From: an uncultured Acidobacteriota bacterium
GTDB taxonomy: Bacteria; Acidobacteriota; Vicinamibacteria; Vicinamibacterales; Fen-181
Assembly (NCBI GenBank): GCA_963698725.1
Contig: CAVORY010000004.1
Coordinates: forward strand, 19,951 to 83,950
Length of the DNA: 64,000 nucleotides
Reading direction: 5' to 3'
Shown: piece by piece, positions 10,205 to 19,272 of the stretch
Layout of the letters: every line of letters begins with the position of its first letter
How positions within the stretch are numbered: position 1 is the first letter of the stretch
Notes under the pieces: model-generated
Seen by the model: only the letters and a program-made list of their open reading frames with translations
The model's database searches: none
What the model was told of the DNA's origin: nothing
Program-made: the position numbers and the translations under genes

Positions 10205-12646
10205 ATGAGATACGGCTGGCTCGTCCTCGTCGCGTCACTCCTTGCCGCCGAATCCTCGGCGGCGGCACCCCAATCCGGCCGGATCCAGGGAACGGTCCGC
10301 GATGCCTCGGGCCTGCCGCTGCCCGGCGTCGCCGTCACGCTCACCCGTGACGGGAGACCACCCCTGATCGTGCACACCGACGAGATCGGACGCTTCACGT
10401 TCGACGTGCCTTCCGGCCGCTATGCGCTGACGGCGGAGTTGATGGGGTTCGAGACGGCCGCCCGTCCGGACGTGGTGGCGGGGATCGACCCGGCGACACT
10501 CGACATCGTCCTCGCACTCGGGAAGTTCACCGAGGAGACGCAGGTCGTCGCCAGGGCGCCGCGCATCTTCACGGCGGCCGAGCCGACGGCGCCGGCGACG
10601 GTGGACCAGGAGATCATCAAGATCGCGCCGGTGCACGGGGTCCGCTATGACTCGGCGCTCCCACTGCTTCCCGGCACTGTTCGAGGCCCTGACGGTTTGA
10701 TCAGCATTTCCGGGTCCCGTTCGTGGCAAGGTACGGTCCTCGCGGACGGCCTGCGCGAAAGCGACCCGGTGTCGGGTGAGGCGGTGCTGTCGCTCCCGAT
10801 TTCCGCGATCGCCAACACCCAGGTGTACTCGCCCCTTCCCCCGGCTGACGCCGGGCCCGCCACCGGCGGCGTGACGCTCGTCAATACGAAGCCGGCGGTG
10901 GACGCGTTCGCGTTCAGCGTGCAGGGGCTGCTCCCGAGGCCGAGGCTCGACATCGACGGCGGCGTCGCGCTCGAGGCGTGGCAACCCACGTTCGGCCTGA
11001 GCGGACCGCTGGTGAAGGGCCGCGTGTGGCTGGCCGAGTCGGTCGAGTACCGGTGGGAGCGGTTTCAGACCACAACCGTGGTGGGCAAACAGGACACGAG
11101 CATCAGCGGCTGGACCTCGTTCACGCGGCTGGACATGAAGCCGGGCGGTTCGCACCACGTGACGTTCCGGCTGATTGTCACCCCCGATTCCAGCAGTCAC
11201 TACGGACTGGGGGCGTTCGAGCCGGCCGACACGGTGCCGGACCTGAAGACGACCGGTGTGAGCGTCGCGGTGACCGACCGCGTGGCGCTCGGCGGCCGCT
11301 CCACCCTCGACTCGCACGTCCACGTCAAGCGCGTGCAACTGGAGATGACGAGCGGCGGGAGCCTGCCGTATGTCATCGGCCACGAGCGGGTCGTGGGGAA
11401 CTACTACAAGAACCTCAACCAGACGGCCTCTCGCGTTGAGGCGGGCGCGACGTTGGCGACGGGCGTCGTGAAATGGCACGGCGAGCATCTGATCAAGGCC
11501 GGGGCGACGGTGGGGTACATGACCGTCACCGGTGTCGAGGACAGCCGGCCTGTCAACTACGTCAGAAGCAACGGCACCTTGGCGCGCCGGTACCAGTTCT
11601 CGGGCCCCGGCACGTTCGATGCCTCGCTCGTTGACGGCGCACTCTTCGTGCAGGACACCTGGGCGCTGCGCGCGGGTCTCAGGGTGGACCTGGGGGCTCG
11701 ATGGGATGCCAGCACGGCCGCCAGCGGGCTGGCGCTCTGGCCGCGCGGGGTCGTGAGCTACGACCTGCGGCCCAACTCGACGAAGCTGTCGAGCGGGGTC
11801 GGCGTCTTCGCCGACAAGGCGCTGCTCGCCGCGCCCATCTTCCCCGACCGCCAGGCACGGCGCGAGATGCTGTACGACGAATCCGGCCAGCACCTCCAGT
11901 CGTCGCACCTGTTCACGAACCAGACACAAGGTCCGATCGGGACCGCCCACTCGCTGATCTGGAACGTCCAGCTCGACCAGACGCTCAAGGGCGGCTGGAT
12001 GACTCGCCTGGCCTATCAGGAGCGCGTCGGGCGGGGCGACTACGCCGTGCAGCCCACGATCACCGGGCCACAGGACGGCGTACTGGTGCTGACTGGCGAC
12101 GCCACGTCGCGATCACGCAGTTTCGAAGTGACGTCCGGCTTCCGGTCAGCCCACGGCGCGAACCAGGCCTACGTGTCGTACGTCCGGTCCTCGACCGAGG
12201 GCAGCCTGAACGACCTGATCGCCGTGACCGGCAATCGGGCGCGCGCGCAGGTGCTGGCGGACGCGATCGCGCCGCTGAACGCCGACCTACCGCATCGCCT
12301 GCTGACGTGGGGCATGTTCTCGCTCCCGTGTCACCTGACGCTGTCGCCGTTCCTGGAGGTCCGATCGGGCTTCCCGTTCACGCGGATCGACGAGGAATGG
12401 AACGTGGTCGGCACCAGGAACGACTCCCGGTTCCCTCTGTTCGTTTCCCTTGACCTTGCGGGGGAGTTCAGCTTCACGGTGCCGCCGGGCATCCCGATGC
12501 GGCTCGGCCTGAAGCTCTTCAATGCCACAGGCCGGAAGAACGGCCGGGCGATACAGCGCGACGTGGAACGGCCCGATTTCGGCCAGGTCTATGACCCGGT
12601 CGGGCGCCAGCTGCGGGGGACGCTCGAGATCTCCTGGAACCGCTAG
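10205..12646 (+). CDS. TonB-dependent receptor-like outer-membrane protein with carboxypeptidase-regulatory-like domain
   Basis: ORF 10061.. trimmed to ATG 10205 (signal peptide MRYGWLVLVASLLAAESSAAA). RIQGTVRDASGLPLPGVAVTLT is a CarboxypepD_reg-type domain, followed by a long beta-rich region. Substrate is unknown. Confidence 0.65.
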   Translation: MRYGWLVLVASLLAAESSAAAPQSGRIQGTVRDASGLPLPGVAVTLTRDGRPPLIVHTDEIGRFTFDVPSGRYALTAELMGFETAARPDVVAGIDPATLDIVLALGKFTEETQVVARAPRIFTAAEPTAPATVDQEIIKIAPVHGVRYDSALPLLPGTVRGPDGLISISGSRSWQGTVLADGLRESDPVSGEAVLSLPISAIANTQVYSPLPPADAGPATGGVTLVNTKPAVDAFAFSVQGLLPRPRLDIDGGVALEAWQPTFGLSGPLVKGRVWLAESVEYRWERFQTTTVVGKQDTSISGWTSFTRLDMKPGGSHHVTFRLIVTPDSSSHYGLGAFEPADTVPDLKTTGVSVAVTDRVALGGRSTLDSHVHVKRVQLEMTSGGSLPYVIGHERVVGNYYKNLNQTASRVEAGATLATGVVKWHGEHLIKAGATVGYMTVTGVEDSRPVNYVRSNGTLARRYQFSGPGTFDASLVDGALFVQDTWALRAGLRVDLGARWDASTAASGLALWPRGVVSYDLRPNSTKLSSGVGVFADKALLAAPIFPDRQARREMLYDESGQHLQSSHLFTNQTQGPIGTAHSLIWNVQLDQTLKGGWMTRLAYQERVGRGDYAVQPTITGPQDGVLVLTGDATSRSRSFEVTSGFRSAHGANQAYVSYVRSSTEGSLNDLIAVTGNRARAQVLADAIAPLNADLPHRLLTWGMFSLPCHLTLSPFLEVRSGFPFTRIDEEWNVVGTRNDSRFPLFVSLDLAGEFSFTVPPGIPMRLGLKLFNATGRKNGRAIQRDVERPDFGQVYDPVGRQLRGTLEISWNR

Positions 12647-12678
12647 GCCAACGCCCCTACCTTCGCCGGGCGGGCCTG

Positions 12679-12687
12679 TGGTACAAT
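12679..12687 (+). promoter_or_regulatory. Candidate extended -10 promoter (TGgTACAAT) upstream of yebC
   Basis: ctgTGgTACAATccc lies 41 nt upstream of the yebC ATG. The same TGnTAnAnT form occurs upstream of the tRNA and of pyrR. Confidence 0.35.
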
Positions 12688-12727
12688 CCCGGATCCATTT
12701 TCCCGTTTGTTTTTCTGGAGTTGCACC

Positions 12728-13477
12728 ATGTCTGGCCATTCGAAGTGGCATACCATCAAGCACAAGAAGGGCGCCGCCGACGCCAAGCGCGGCCGCGTCT
12801 TCACCCGGATCATCAAGGAGTTGACCGTGGCGGCCAGGGCTGGCGGGGGCGACCCCGACACCAACCCGCGGCTGCGAACGATCATCGCGGAATCCAAGGC
12901 GGTCAACATGCCCGCGGAGAATATCAAGCGGGCCATCCGCCGCGGCACGGGCGAGGAGCCGGGGGTCAACTACGAAGAGGTCGTCTACGAGGCCTACGGC
13001 CCCGGCGGGACGGCGATCATCCTCGAAGGGCTGACCGACAACAAGAACCGCACCGTCGGCGAGTTGCGCCACCTGCTGGACAAGTACAACGGCAAGATGG
13101 CCGACCGCAACACGGCCCTCCGCAAGTTCAGCAAGCGCGGCCAGATCATCATCGACAAAACGAAGGTGGCCGAGGACACGCTCATGGCGGCGGTGCTCGA
13201 TGCGGGCGCCGACGACATGGTGGACGACGGCGACACCTGGGAAGTCCTCACGGCGCCGGCCGCCTACGACGCGGTGCGTGAAGCTGTCCGCAAGCTCGAG
13301 ATCGAGCCGATGAGCGCGGCGGTGGCGATGGTGCCGGCCGAGCTGGTCACCCTGACGGGCAAGCCAGCCCAGTCGATGCTGAAGCTGCTCGACGTGCTCG
13401 AGGACCACGACGACGTGCAGCACGTGTGGACGAACGTGGACATCGACGAGAAGGAGATCGAGGCGTCGCTCTCGTGA
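12728..13477 (+). CDS. yebC: YebC/PmpR family DNA-binding transcriptional regulator
   Basis: MSGHSKWHTIKHKKGAADAKRG signature; trimmed to ATG 12728. Confidence 0.9.
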   Translation: MSGHSKWHTIKHKKGAADAKRGRVFTRIIKELTVAARAGGGDPDTNPRLRTIIAESKAVNMPAENIKRAIRRGTGEEPGVNYEEVVYEAYGPGGTAIILEGLTDNKNRTVGELRHLLDKYNGKMADRNTALRKFSKRGQIIIDKTKVAEDTLMAAVLDAGADDMVDDGDTWEVLTAPAAYDAVREAVRKLEIEPMSAAVAMVPAELVTLTGKPAQSMLKLLDVLEDHDDVQHVWTNVDIDEKEIEASLS

Positions 13478-14016
13478 GAGTCTTCGGGATCGATCCCGGC
13501 TCCGAACGTACCGGCTATGGATGCGTGGAGAGCGATGGCAGCCGTCACCGGCTGGTCGCCTGCGGCGCCATTGTCACCTCCCCGCGCCTGGGTTTTCCCG
13601 CACAGCTGCTCCGGATCCATCAGCATCTGGCCGCGCTCCTGGCCGAACACCGGCCGGAGTGCGTGGCGGTGGAAAGCGTCTTCTACGCGGCGAATGTGCG
13701 GAGCGCGCTGAAGCTGGGGCACGCGCGCGGCGTGGCGATGCTGGCGGCGGCCGAGGCAGGCTACGCGATCGCCGAATACACGCCGGCCGAGATCAAGCGC
13801 GCCGTCGTGGGGTACGGGCGCGCCGAGAAGCGGCAGGTGCAGGACATGGTGCGGATGCTCCTCGGCCTGGCAGAGGTGCCCACGCCGCACGACGCGGCCG
13901 ACGCGCTCGCGGTGGCCATCTGCCACGTGCACAGCCAGGGCCCGACGGTCGTCGCCGAGCACCTGCGCGCGGCGCGAACGCAGCCGAAGTCGTGGCGCGA
14001 CGTGAAGCTGGATTGA
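13474..14016 (+). CDS. ruvC: Crossover junction endodeoxyribonuclease RuvC
   Basis: GTG 13474 overlaps the yebC stop (GTGA). Motifs: VFGIDPGSERTGYG, ESVFYAANVRSALKLGHARG, PHDAADALAVAICH. Confidence 0.9.
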   Translation: MRVFGIDPGSERTGYGCVESDGSRHRLVACGAIVTSPRLGFPAQLLRIHQHLAALLAEHRPECVAVESVFYAANVRSALKLGHARGVAMLAAAEAGYAIAEYTPAEIKRAVVGYGRAEKRQVQDMVRMLLGLAEVPTPHDAADALAVAICHVHSQGPTVVAEHLRAARTQPKSWRDVKLD

Positions 14017-14115
14017 CATCCGGCCTGCGGCTCGCGGCCTGCGACGACCGGCCGTGTCCCCGGGACACCGCCGGGAGCCGCACGTCGCCAGCCGGCAGCC
14101 GAGAGCGCATCTGAG

Positions 14116-14721
14116 ATGATTGCCAGACTGACCGGCCGACTCGTTGAGAAACAGGCGACGCGCCTGGTCGTCGACGTGCACGGCGTCGGCTACGACGTGC
14201 AGGTACCGCTGTCCACGTTCTACCACCTGCCGGAACCGGGCGCCGACGTGACACTTCGCATTCACACGCACGTCCGCGAAGACGCGCTCTCGCTGTTCGG
14301 GTTTGCCACCGCCCTCGAGCTGCGGCTGTTCGAGCGCCTCATCGGGATCAGCGGCATCGGTCCGAAGCTGGCTCTGGCCGTCCTGTCCGGGATCGATCCG
14401 GCCGATCTCGTCCGCGCCGTGCAGGCGGGAGACGTCGGCCGCCTGACCCTCATTCCGGGCGTCGGCAAGAAGACGGCCGAGCGCATCGGTCTCGAGTTGA
14501 AGGACCGGCTGTCCCAGCAGTTGGCGACCGAGCTGGGTGTCGACGGCGCCGCCCCCGCGGGCGGGACCGCGCTGCGCGCGGACCTCGTCTCCGCGCTGCT
14601 CAATCTGGGGTATCATCGCGCCCTCGCGGAGAAGGCCGTCGACGCCGCGATGACGGCGCCGGGTGAGCAGACGTTCGAGCGGGTGTTGAAGGACGCCCTC
14701 AGCCGGACCGGGAGGCGCTGA
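14116..14721 (+). CDS. ruvA: Holliday junction branch migration complex subunit RuvA
   Basis: MIARLTGRL, plus the HhH motifs LIGISGIGPKLALAVLSG and IPGVGKKTAERI. Confidence 0.9.
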   Translation: MIARLTGRLVEKQATRLVVDVHGVGYDVQVPLSTFYHLPEPGADVTLRIHTHVREDALSLFGFATALELRLFERLIGISGIGPKLALAVLSGIDPADLVRAVQAGDVGRLTLIPGVGKKTAERIGLELKDRLSQQLATELGVDGAAPAGGTALRADLVSALLNLGYHRALAEKAVDAAMTAPGEQTFERVLKDALSRTGRR

Positions 14722-14723
14722 GA

Positions 14724-14838
14724 ATCTCGCGATCGTGCGATGTGGCGATCTTGCGATCTGAAGCGGGCGGTCAGCTGGTTTGCCAGTCCGCAAGATCGCC
14801 AGTTCGCAAGATCGCCAGTTCGCAAGATCGCAAGATCC
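14724..14838. repeat. CGCAAGATCGCCAGTT 16-bp tandem repeat with an inverted upstream partner (GGCGATCTTGCGATC)
   Basis: tggcgatcttgcgatc .. gtccgcaagatcgccagtt cgcaagatcgccagtt cgcaagatcgcaagatcc sits immediately upstream of the ruvB ATG. It shares the word GATCTTGCGA with the repeats at 9231 and 35308. Confidence 0.9.
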
Positions 14839-14842
14839 CTGT

Positions 14843-15862
14843 ATGACTGATTCCCGTCTGATCACACCGGCGCGCGTCGACGACGACGCGCAGTTCGAAG
14901 CGGGACTCCGGCCACGCACGCTCGACGAATACATCGGGCAGGAGCGCGTCCGCGAGAACCTGGTCGTGTCGATCACGGCGGCACGTCAGCGGGCGGAAGC
15001 GCTCGATCACGTCCTGCTCTATGGCCCACCGGGGCTGGGGAAGACGACGCTGGCCTACGTCATCGGGAACGAGTTGGGCGTGCCGGTGCGTTCGACCTCG
15101 GGTCCGGTGCTCGAGAAGCCCGGCGACCTGGCGGCGATGCTGAGCAACCTCAAGGAGCGCGAGGTGCTCTTCGTCGATGAGATTCACCGGATGTCTCCCG
15201 TCATCGAGGAGATCCTCTATCCGGCGATGGAGGACTACCAGATCGACATCATGATTGGCCAGGGGCCGAGCGCGCGGTCGGTGAAGTTGCCGGTACCGAA
15301 ATTCACGCTCATCGGGGCGACGACGCGAGCGGGCCTCCTGACCTCGCCGCTCCGGAGCCGTTTCGGGATCGTCCACCGCCTCGACTTCTACACCGATGCC
15401 GATATCGAGGAGATCGTGAGGCGGTCGGCGCGGCTGCTCAATGTCGGCGTCGATGAGCGCGCGGCGCACGAGTTGGCCCGGCGGTCCCGCGGGACCCCGC
15501 GCGTGGCGAACCGGCTGCTGCGGCGGGTGCGCGACTACGCCCAGGTGCGCGCGGCAGGCGAGATCACCCTGCCGGTGGCCGAAGCGGGGCTCGCGCTCCT
15601 CGAGGTGGACGCGCACGGGTTCGATGAGATCGATCGGCGGCTGCTCCGCACGATCATCGACAAGTTCGGCGGCGGGCCGGTGGGCCTGAATACGATCGCG
15701 GCGGCCATCTCGGAGGAGAAGGACGCCATCGAGGACATCTACGAGCCGTTCCTGATCCAGATCGGCTTCCTGGATCGGACGCCGCGCGGGCGCGTCGCCA
15801 CGGTCCGGGCGTACGAGTACTTCGGCCTGACGGTGCCGGAGAGGGACCAGAAGTTGTGGTAG
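14843..15862 (+). CDS. ruvB: Holliday junction DNA helicase RuvB
   Basis: ORF 14780.. trimmed to ATG 14843 (the longer ORF reads through the repeat). Motifs: [14 protein letters not shown] (Walker A), LFVDEIHR (Walker B). Confidence 0.9.
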   Translation: MTDSRLITPARVDDDAQFEAGLRPRTLDEYIGQERVRENLVVSITAARQRAEALDHVLLYGPPGLGKTTLAYVIGNELGVPVRSTSGPVLEKPGDLAAMLSNLKEREVLFVDEIHRMSPVIEEILYPAMEDYQIDIMIGQGPSARSVKLPVPKFTLIGATTRAGLLTSPLRSRFGIVHRLDFYTDADIEEIVRRSARLLNVGVDERAAHELARRSRGTPRVANRLLRRVRDYAQVRAAGEITLPVAEAGLALLEVDAHGFDEIDRRLLRTIIDKFGGGPVGLNTIAAAISEEKDAIEDIYEPFLIQIGFLDRTPRGRVATVRAYEYFGLTVPERDQKLW

Positions 15863-15962
15863 GCCCTGAACCTTGAGCCCTGAGCCCTGCCCTTCGACTC
15901 GCTCCGCTCGCTCAGGGCACCCCGAGCGAAGTCGAGGGGTGAGCCCAGAGCCCTGAGCCCTG
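15863..15962. repeat. Intergenic repeat element, copy E: TGAGCCC heptamers flanking an imperfect hairpin core
   Basis: Sequence is ccttgagccctgagccctg cccttcgactcgctccgctcgctcagggcaccccgagcgaagtcgagggg tgagcccagagccctgagccctg. The core word cccttcgactcgctYcgctcgctcagggc recurs at 59157. Confidence 0.85.
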
Positions 15963-15979
15963 TTGTAAGGAGGACGCGA

Positions 15980-17026
15980 GTGTCGAGCGACGGTCCAACC
16001 ATCATTCCCGACCATCGGCCAGCAGGCCTGGGCACCGGGCGCCCCACCGAGATTTCAAGCCTCGCGACCTACGTGCCGCCGCGACTGCTGACCAACGCTG
16101 ATCTCGAGAAGCTGGTCGACACCTCCAGCGAGTGGATTCTCCAGCGAACCGGCATCCATACCCGGCACATCGTCGATCCCGGCGTCGCCACGTCGGACCT
16201 CGGCACGCAAGCGGCCCTCGCCGCGATCGCTCAGGCCGGGCTGGCCCCCGACGACATCGATCTCATCATCGTCGGCACGACGACCCCCGACATGTTCTTC
16301 CCGAGCACGGCGGCGCTGGTCCAGCACAAGATCGGGGCCTCGCGTGCCTGGGGATTCGACCTGGCCGGCGCCTGCTCCGGCTTCACGTTCGCCCTCGCGA
16401 CGGCCAGCCAACTCGTCTCCACCGGCCGGCACCACCATGCGCTCGTCATCGGCGCCGACGTGATGTCGAGCATCATCGACTACAAGGACCGGGCGACGTG
16501 CGTGCTGTTCGGCGACGGCGCAGGCGCCGTCGTGGTCAGCGCCGCGAAGGACCCGGCGCTCGCCATCCTCGACTTCGCCCACGAGATCGACGGCGCGGGG
16601 GGGCAGTTCCTCAGGATGCCGGCAGGAGGCAGCCTCCAGCCAGCCACCCACGAGACCGTCGAGCAGCGCCTGCACTTCGTGAAGCAGGACGGCCAGGCGG
16701 TGTTCAAGTTCGCCGTCCGCAAGACCGAGGAGATCACCCGGATCATCATGCAGCGGAACCACCTGAGCGCGGACGACATCGCCCTGTTCGTCTCGCACCA
16801 GGCGAACCGCCGGATCATCACCGCCGCCGCCGACCGGCTGGGCATCCCAGAGTCGAAGGTGGTCATCAACCTCGAACGATACGGCAACACGACGGCCGCC
16901 ACCATCCCGCTCGCGCTCAACGACTGCGTGCAGGACGGCCGGCTGAAAAAGGGGGACCGGGTCATCCTCGCCTCGGTTGGCGCGGGGTTCACCATCGGCG
17001 GAGTCCTGCTCCGCTGGGCCATCTAA
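15980..17026 (+). CDS. fabH: Beta-ketoacyl-ACP synthase III
   Basis: GTG 15980 is preceded by AAGGAGG (15967-15973). Catalytic contexts: ACSGFTFALA (Cys), SHQANRRI (His), GNTTAATIPLAL (Asn). Confidence 0.9.
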   Translation: MSSDGPTIIPDHRPAGLGTGRPTEISSLATYVPPRLLTNADLEKLVDTSSEWILQRTGIHTRHIVDPGVATSDLGTQAALAAIAQAGLAPDDIDLIIVGTTTPDMFFPSTAALVQHKIGASRAWGFDLAGACSGFTFALATASQLVSTGRHHHALVIGADVMSSIIDYKDRATCVLFGDGAGAVVVSAAKDPALAILDFAHEIDGAGGQFLRMPAGGSLQPATHETVEQRLHFVKQDGQAVFKFAVRKTEEITRIIMQRNHLSADDIALFVSHQANRRIITAAADRLGIPESKVVINLERYGNTTAATIPLALNDCVQDGRLKKGDRVILASVGAGFTIGGVLLRWAI

Positions 17027-17345
17027 GTTCTGCTGCGTCAATCAGTTATACGTCATCAGACGGGGCGGCCCGCGCGCGGGCGGCCGTCCGCCTGTCGCCC
17101 CTGCCCAGCGCGGACACGCTGGCCTGTCCAGCAACGAGACACGGCCCGATTACAGAAAACACTAGAAAATTGCAGATTTCGCCATGCGCGCTCAGGAGAG
17201 CGTGTCTAATTTCTGCACGCCTCGGTCAGCAGGCGTCCCGCACATGTTGTCTCCCTGAATTCAGTAAGTAGTTGAAAAGAAGTGATTTATTCGCCTGATT
17301 GGAGCCCGTCCGGCTGGTGGCCGGCGGATTGCTCTTACAGGCGGC

Positions 17346-19272
17346 GTGAATACCCTTCGCTGCTTCGTCATCGTGGCGGTGGCTACGGCCGCCGCAGTCG
17401 TTTCTCCGGCGTCAGCTGACGGCCAGCCCTGGCGCGCCAAGCTCGATCTGGCGGTAGCCAAGGCGGCGGTGAATAGAACCGGCAACCAGCCGGTGATCGT
17501 CCGCGTGGCATCCGGCGCCCGCGCTGCCGTCAGAGACCGCCTGACGGCCGGCGGCCATCGCATCAAGGGAGAGCACGCTTCAATCGACGGCCTCGCCGTC
17601 GAGGTATCGGCGACAGCCCTCCTCGAGCTGGCCAAGGATCCCGACATCCTCTCAATCTCGTCCGACGCGATCGTCACCGCGACCAGCCGTTTCGACCGAA
17701 GGTCCGGACCGTCGTCGGCGGGAGACGACGGCAACCTGTTGCGCACGACGCTGGGCCTCGACGCCGACGCGCCGAAGGGCCAGGGCGTCGGCGTGGCGCT
17801 CATCGACTCCGGCGTCGATCCGACAGCGGACCTCGCCGGGCGCATCAGCGCCTTCTTCGATCTGAGCAGCGGCACCGTCCGCCGTGCGTGGCCGTACCGA
17901 TGACTATGGGCACGGCACGCACGTCGCCGGCCTCATCGCCGGCAAGGGGGTATTGTCTCGCGGGCAGTACGCGGGCGTCGCCACGGGCGTTCACCTCGCG
18001 GTGTTCAAGGTGCTCGACAAGACAGGGCAGGGCCGCACGAGCGACGTGGTGCTCGCCATCGACTACATCGTGCGGAATCGCCAGCGGCTCGGTATCGACA
18101 TCATCAACCTCTCGATCGGCCATCCCATCTTCGAGCCGGCCGAGTCGGACCCGCTGGTGCAGGCCATCGAGCAGGCGACGCGCGCCGGACTGGTCGTGGT
18201 GGCGGCCGCCGGCAACTGCGGCATCAACCCGGTCACCGGCGATCCCGGCTACGCGGGCATCACGTCGCCGGGTAACGCGCCGTCGGCCATCACGGTCGGC
18301 GCGCTGCTCACGCAGGGGACGGCGTCGAGGCTCGACGACGAAGTGGCGCCGTTCAGCTCGCGCGGACCGAGCTGGTACGACGCTTTCGCCAAGCCTGACA
18401 TCGTAGCCCCCGGGGACCGCCTCGTGTCGGTTGGCGTGCCCGGCAGCACGCTGTATGAGCAATACCCGACGCTGCGCGTGCCCGGGCGGGCGCCCTACCT
18501 GCGGCTGAGCGGCACCAGCATGGCGACGGCGGTGACGACCGGTGTCGTCGCGCTCGCCATCGAAGCCAACCGCGATCGCGAGCCGGGCGACCAGCCGTCG
18601 CTGTCCGCGAACGCGCTCAAGGCCATTCTTCAATTCACCGCGCTTCCGGTCCGCGATGGCAGCGGCGCCGACTATGACCGCCTGACGGCGGGAGGCGGCG
18701 GTCTCAACGCCGCGGGCGCGGTGGAATTCGCGGAGGCGGTGGACACCTCGGCCCCGCTCGGGTTCCCGTGGATTTCGCCGAGCCCGACGCCGGCTACGAC
18801 GATCGCCGGCGAGCATCTCGAGTGGTCCCAGAACATTGTCTGGGGCGTGTGGCAGGTGCCCGGCTCGGTCCTGTTCACGAACGAGCCGTGCTGGAGCAGC
18901 AACATCGTCTGGGGCGTGTCGGACGGCGCGAACATCGTGTGGGGCGTGTCGGATCCGCTCGTCGCCGGAGCCAACATCGTCTGGGGTGTGAACATCGTCT
19001 GGGGTGTGAACATCGTCTGGGGCGTGAACATCGTGTGGGGCGTGAACATCGTGTGGGGCGTGAACATCGTGTGGGGCGTCAACATGCTGGGCATGGCCGA
19101 CCCGGCGAATCCCGACCAGGTGACGTGGGGACAGGCGGCCGGACCGGCGAACACCGTGTGGGGGGACCTCGACGCGGCGAATATCGTGTGGGGTGTTTCG
19201 CGCAACATCGTGTGGGGTGTCAGTCAGGACGGCACGTCTGCGGCAGGCGCGCCGGCGGGTGCGATTCGATGA
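17346..19272 (+). pseudogene. Secreted subtilisin-like (S8) serine peptidase with C-terminal NIVWG repeats, split by a net +1 frameshift (true pseudogene or assembly indel)
   Basis: ORF 17346..17903 carries a signal peptide, a propeptide-like region and the catalytic Asp (VALIDSGVD). ORF 17884..19272, in frame +1, carries His (DDYGHGTHVAG) and Ser (SGTSMATAVTTG). The frames can only be joined between 17866 and 17903. Confidence 0.75.
18973..19080 (+). repeat. Perfect-period 18-bp tandem repeat x6 inside the S8 gene, encoding (NIVWGV)6
   Basis: aacatcgtctggggtgtg occurs 6 times, differing only at synonymous third positions. Dispersed NIVWGV copies occur at about 18832, 18898, 18928, 19180 and 19204. 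Confidence 0.95.

Noticed and set aside
17895-17907. Programmed +1 frameshift at CGA-UGA-C in the S8 gene (prfB-like)
   Set aside because: Shifting at the stop would give ..AWPYR-DYGHGTHVAG, which is not impossible. But there is no upstream Shine-Dalgarno-like stimulator, and CGA to GAU re-pairing is poor. The other four +1 breaks in the window do not occur at stop codons. A simple indel is more parsimonious.
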